Translations under genes and position numbers: made by a program | DNA from: an uncultured delta proteobacterium | GTDB taxonomy: Bacteria; Myxococcota_A; Polyangia; Fen-1088 | DNA: 64,000 nt | NCBI GenBank assembly: GCA_963767925.1 | Contig: CAVYGB010000010.1 | Span: forward strand, 288,001-352,000 | Direction of reading: 5' to 3' | The notes under the pieces: model-generated | The model's input: the letters and a program-made list of their open reading frames with translations, nothing else | What the model was told of the DNA's origin: nothing | Database searches by the model: none | In this document: piece by piece, positions 62,559-64,000 of the stretch | How the letters are laid out: each line of letters starts with the position of its first letter | Position numbering within the stretch: position 1 is the stretch's first letter

Positions 62559-64000
62559 GTGAGGCGCGCCCGCACCATCCCGGCAATCCTCTGTCTGGCC
62601 GGGCTGGGCCACCCGGGCGCGGCGGCCGCCGCGGTGGAGCGCTTCGCGGTCGTCGTCGGCAACAACACCGGCCGGGCCTCCGAAACGCCGCTGCGTTATG
62701 CCGAGACCGACGCCGACCGGATCTACGACACCCTCAAGGGCGTCGGAGGCTTCGCGCCGGAGAACATCCTGCTGCTCAAGGGGGAGCGGGCGCCCGCCCT
62801 CACCCGGGCGCTCATCGCCACCAACGACCGGGTCCGGGCGGCGATCAGCCGTCCCGGCGCGCAGGTCATGCTGTTCGTCTATTTCTCTGGCCACGCCGAC
62901 AACACCGCGATCCACCTGGGGGCGACCGACCTCGAGCTGCGCACGCTGGAGCAGCTCGTCCGCTCGTCGGCGGCGTCGTTCCGGGTGCTCGTGCTCGACG
63001 CCTGCCGCTCCGGCGCGGTGACCCGGACCAAGGGGGGCGTCCCCGGGCCGCCGTTCCTGGCGGCGATCACGGCCCCGCTCGACAGCGAGGGGGTGGTCTT
63101 CCTGACCTCGAGCGCCTCCAGCGAGGACGCGCAGGAGTCCGACGAGATCCGCGGGTCGTTCTTCACCCACTATCTCACCTCGGCGCTGCTGGGGGCCGGC
63201 GACGGCGACGGCGACGGTCGGGTCACGCTGGAAGAGGCCTACCGCTACGCCTATGGCTGGACCCTCTCGGCCTCCTCGCGGACCCGCGCCGGGCTCCAGC
63301 ACCCGACCTTCGAATACGACGTCCGCGGTCAGGGCGGGATCGTCATCACCGAACCGGGCGCCTACTCGGACAGCCGCGCCACCCTCGTGTTTCCCGCGGG
63401 CCGGGACTACCTGCTGACCCACCCCGAGTCGGGCGGCGCGGTGGTCGGCGAGGTGCCCGCCGGGGCGGCCTCCCGGAGGCTGGCGGTCAAGCCCGGGCGC
63501 TACTTCGTGCGCGGGCGGGCCCGGGACTTCCTCCTCGAGGGCGAGGTGGCGGCCGAGGTGCAACGGACGATCGAGGTGCGCGACGAGGGGCTGCGCCGGG
63601 TGGAATACGCCCGGCTGGTCCGCAAGGGCGGGGACGCGCCGCCAGCCCGGAGCCTCCAGGTCGGATACAGCTTTCACACCCCCCTCCGGAACGCCGACTC
63701 GCTCTGCCACGGCGGGTTCCTCGGCTACGCCCTGGCCTCGTCTTGGCTCGACCTCGGCGCGCGCCTCGAGGGCTGCCGGGCTGGCTTTCACAACGACTAC
63801 GTGCGCGCGGGGAACACGGAGCTGGCGGCGAGCCTGACCGCCGGCCTGACCCACGATCTGAGGCGGGTGTCGGTGAGCGGCGGCCTCTCGGGGGGCGTGG
63901 CCCTCCTGCGGCAGGCGTTCCGGACGCCCGGCGTGGCCCCGCCCCGCACCTCCCTGGCGCCGCACTTCGGGCTCTTCGCCGGCCTGAGCACGGACCTGGG
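62559..64000 (+). CDS. Secreted caspase-family (peptidase C14) protein, runs off the window end
   Basis: Hand-translated from GTG 62559: signal peptide, RFAVVVGNN, LRYAETDA, catalytic YFSGH and LDACRSG, AQESDEIRGSFFTHYL. It is absent from the ORF track because there is no stop in the window. Confidence 0.9.
   Translation, partial: MRRARTIPAILCLAGLGHPGAAAAAVERFAVVVGNNTGRASETPLRYAETDADRIYDTLKGVGGFAPENILLLKGERAPALTRALIATNDRVRAAISRPGAQVMLFVYFSGHADNTAIHLGATDLELRTLEQLVRSSAASFRVLVLDACRSGAVTRTKGGVPGPPFLAAITAPLDSEGVVFLTSSASSEDAQESDEIRGSFFTHYLTSALLGAGDGDGDGRVTLEEAYRYAYGWTLSASSRTRAGLQHPTFEYDVRGQGGIVITEPGAYSDSRATLVFPAGRDYLLTHPESGGAVVGEVPAGAASRRLAVKPGRYFVRGRARDFLLEGEVAAEVQRTIEVRDEGLRRVEYARLVRKGGDAPPARSLQVGYSFHTPLRNADSLCHGGFLGYALASSWLDLGARLEGCRAGFHNDYVRAGNTELAASLTAGLTHDLRRVSVSGGLSGGVALLRQAFRTPGVAPPRTSLAPHFGLFAGLSTDL

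Overview
This is a very GC-rich window whose gene content (vWA and Cys-rich lipoproteins, a secreted caspase-family protein, many two-component genes) points to a myxobacterium (Myxococcota). The taxonomy is inferred. I saw no rRNA, tRNA, CRISPR array or transposase. Ordinary content includes topB, a cation/H+ antiporter-USP fusion, an Rsb-type partner-switching and hybrid-kinase module, gnd-zwf, dapF and glgB, plus a ~1,890-aa Cys-repeat lipoprotein. Several single-base frameshifts look like assembly errors. The main find is a co-oriented, largely translationally coupled RiPP-like gene cluster at 38.4-47.4 kb. It starts with a 51-aa ORF absent from the ORF track, MESNVAVFP followed by six (M/F/L)ESAVQ(P/A)-type heptads. 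This is followed by a 14-bp hairpin, a SAM methyltransferase, a nitroreductase, a fused E1-like/YcaO enzyme, an M20 amidohydrolase, DapA, a PaaK-like adenylating ligase and an extended SDR reductase. Other finds are an orphan double-glycine-leader peptide with a Pro/Arg-rich core behind a sigma54-type promoter, a DapF with both catalytic Cys replaced by Ser, a three-copy MITE-like element, two structured 5' leaders and several gene remnants.
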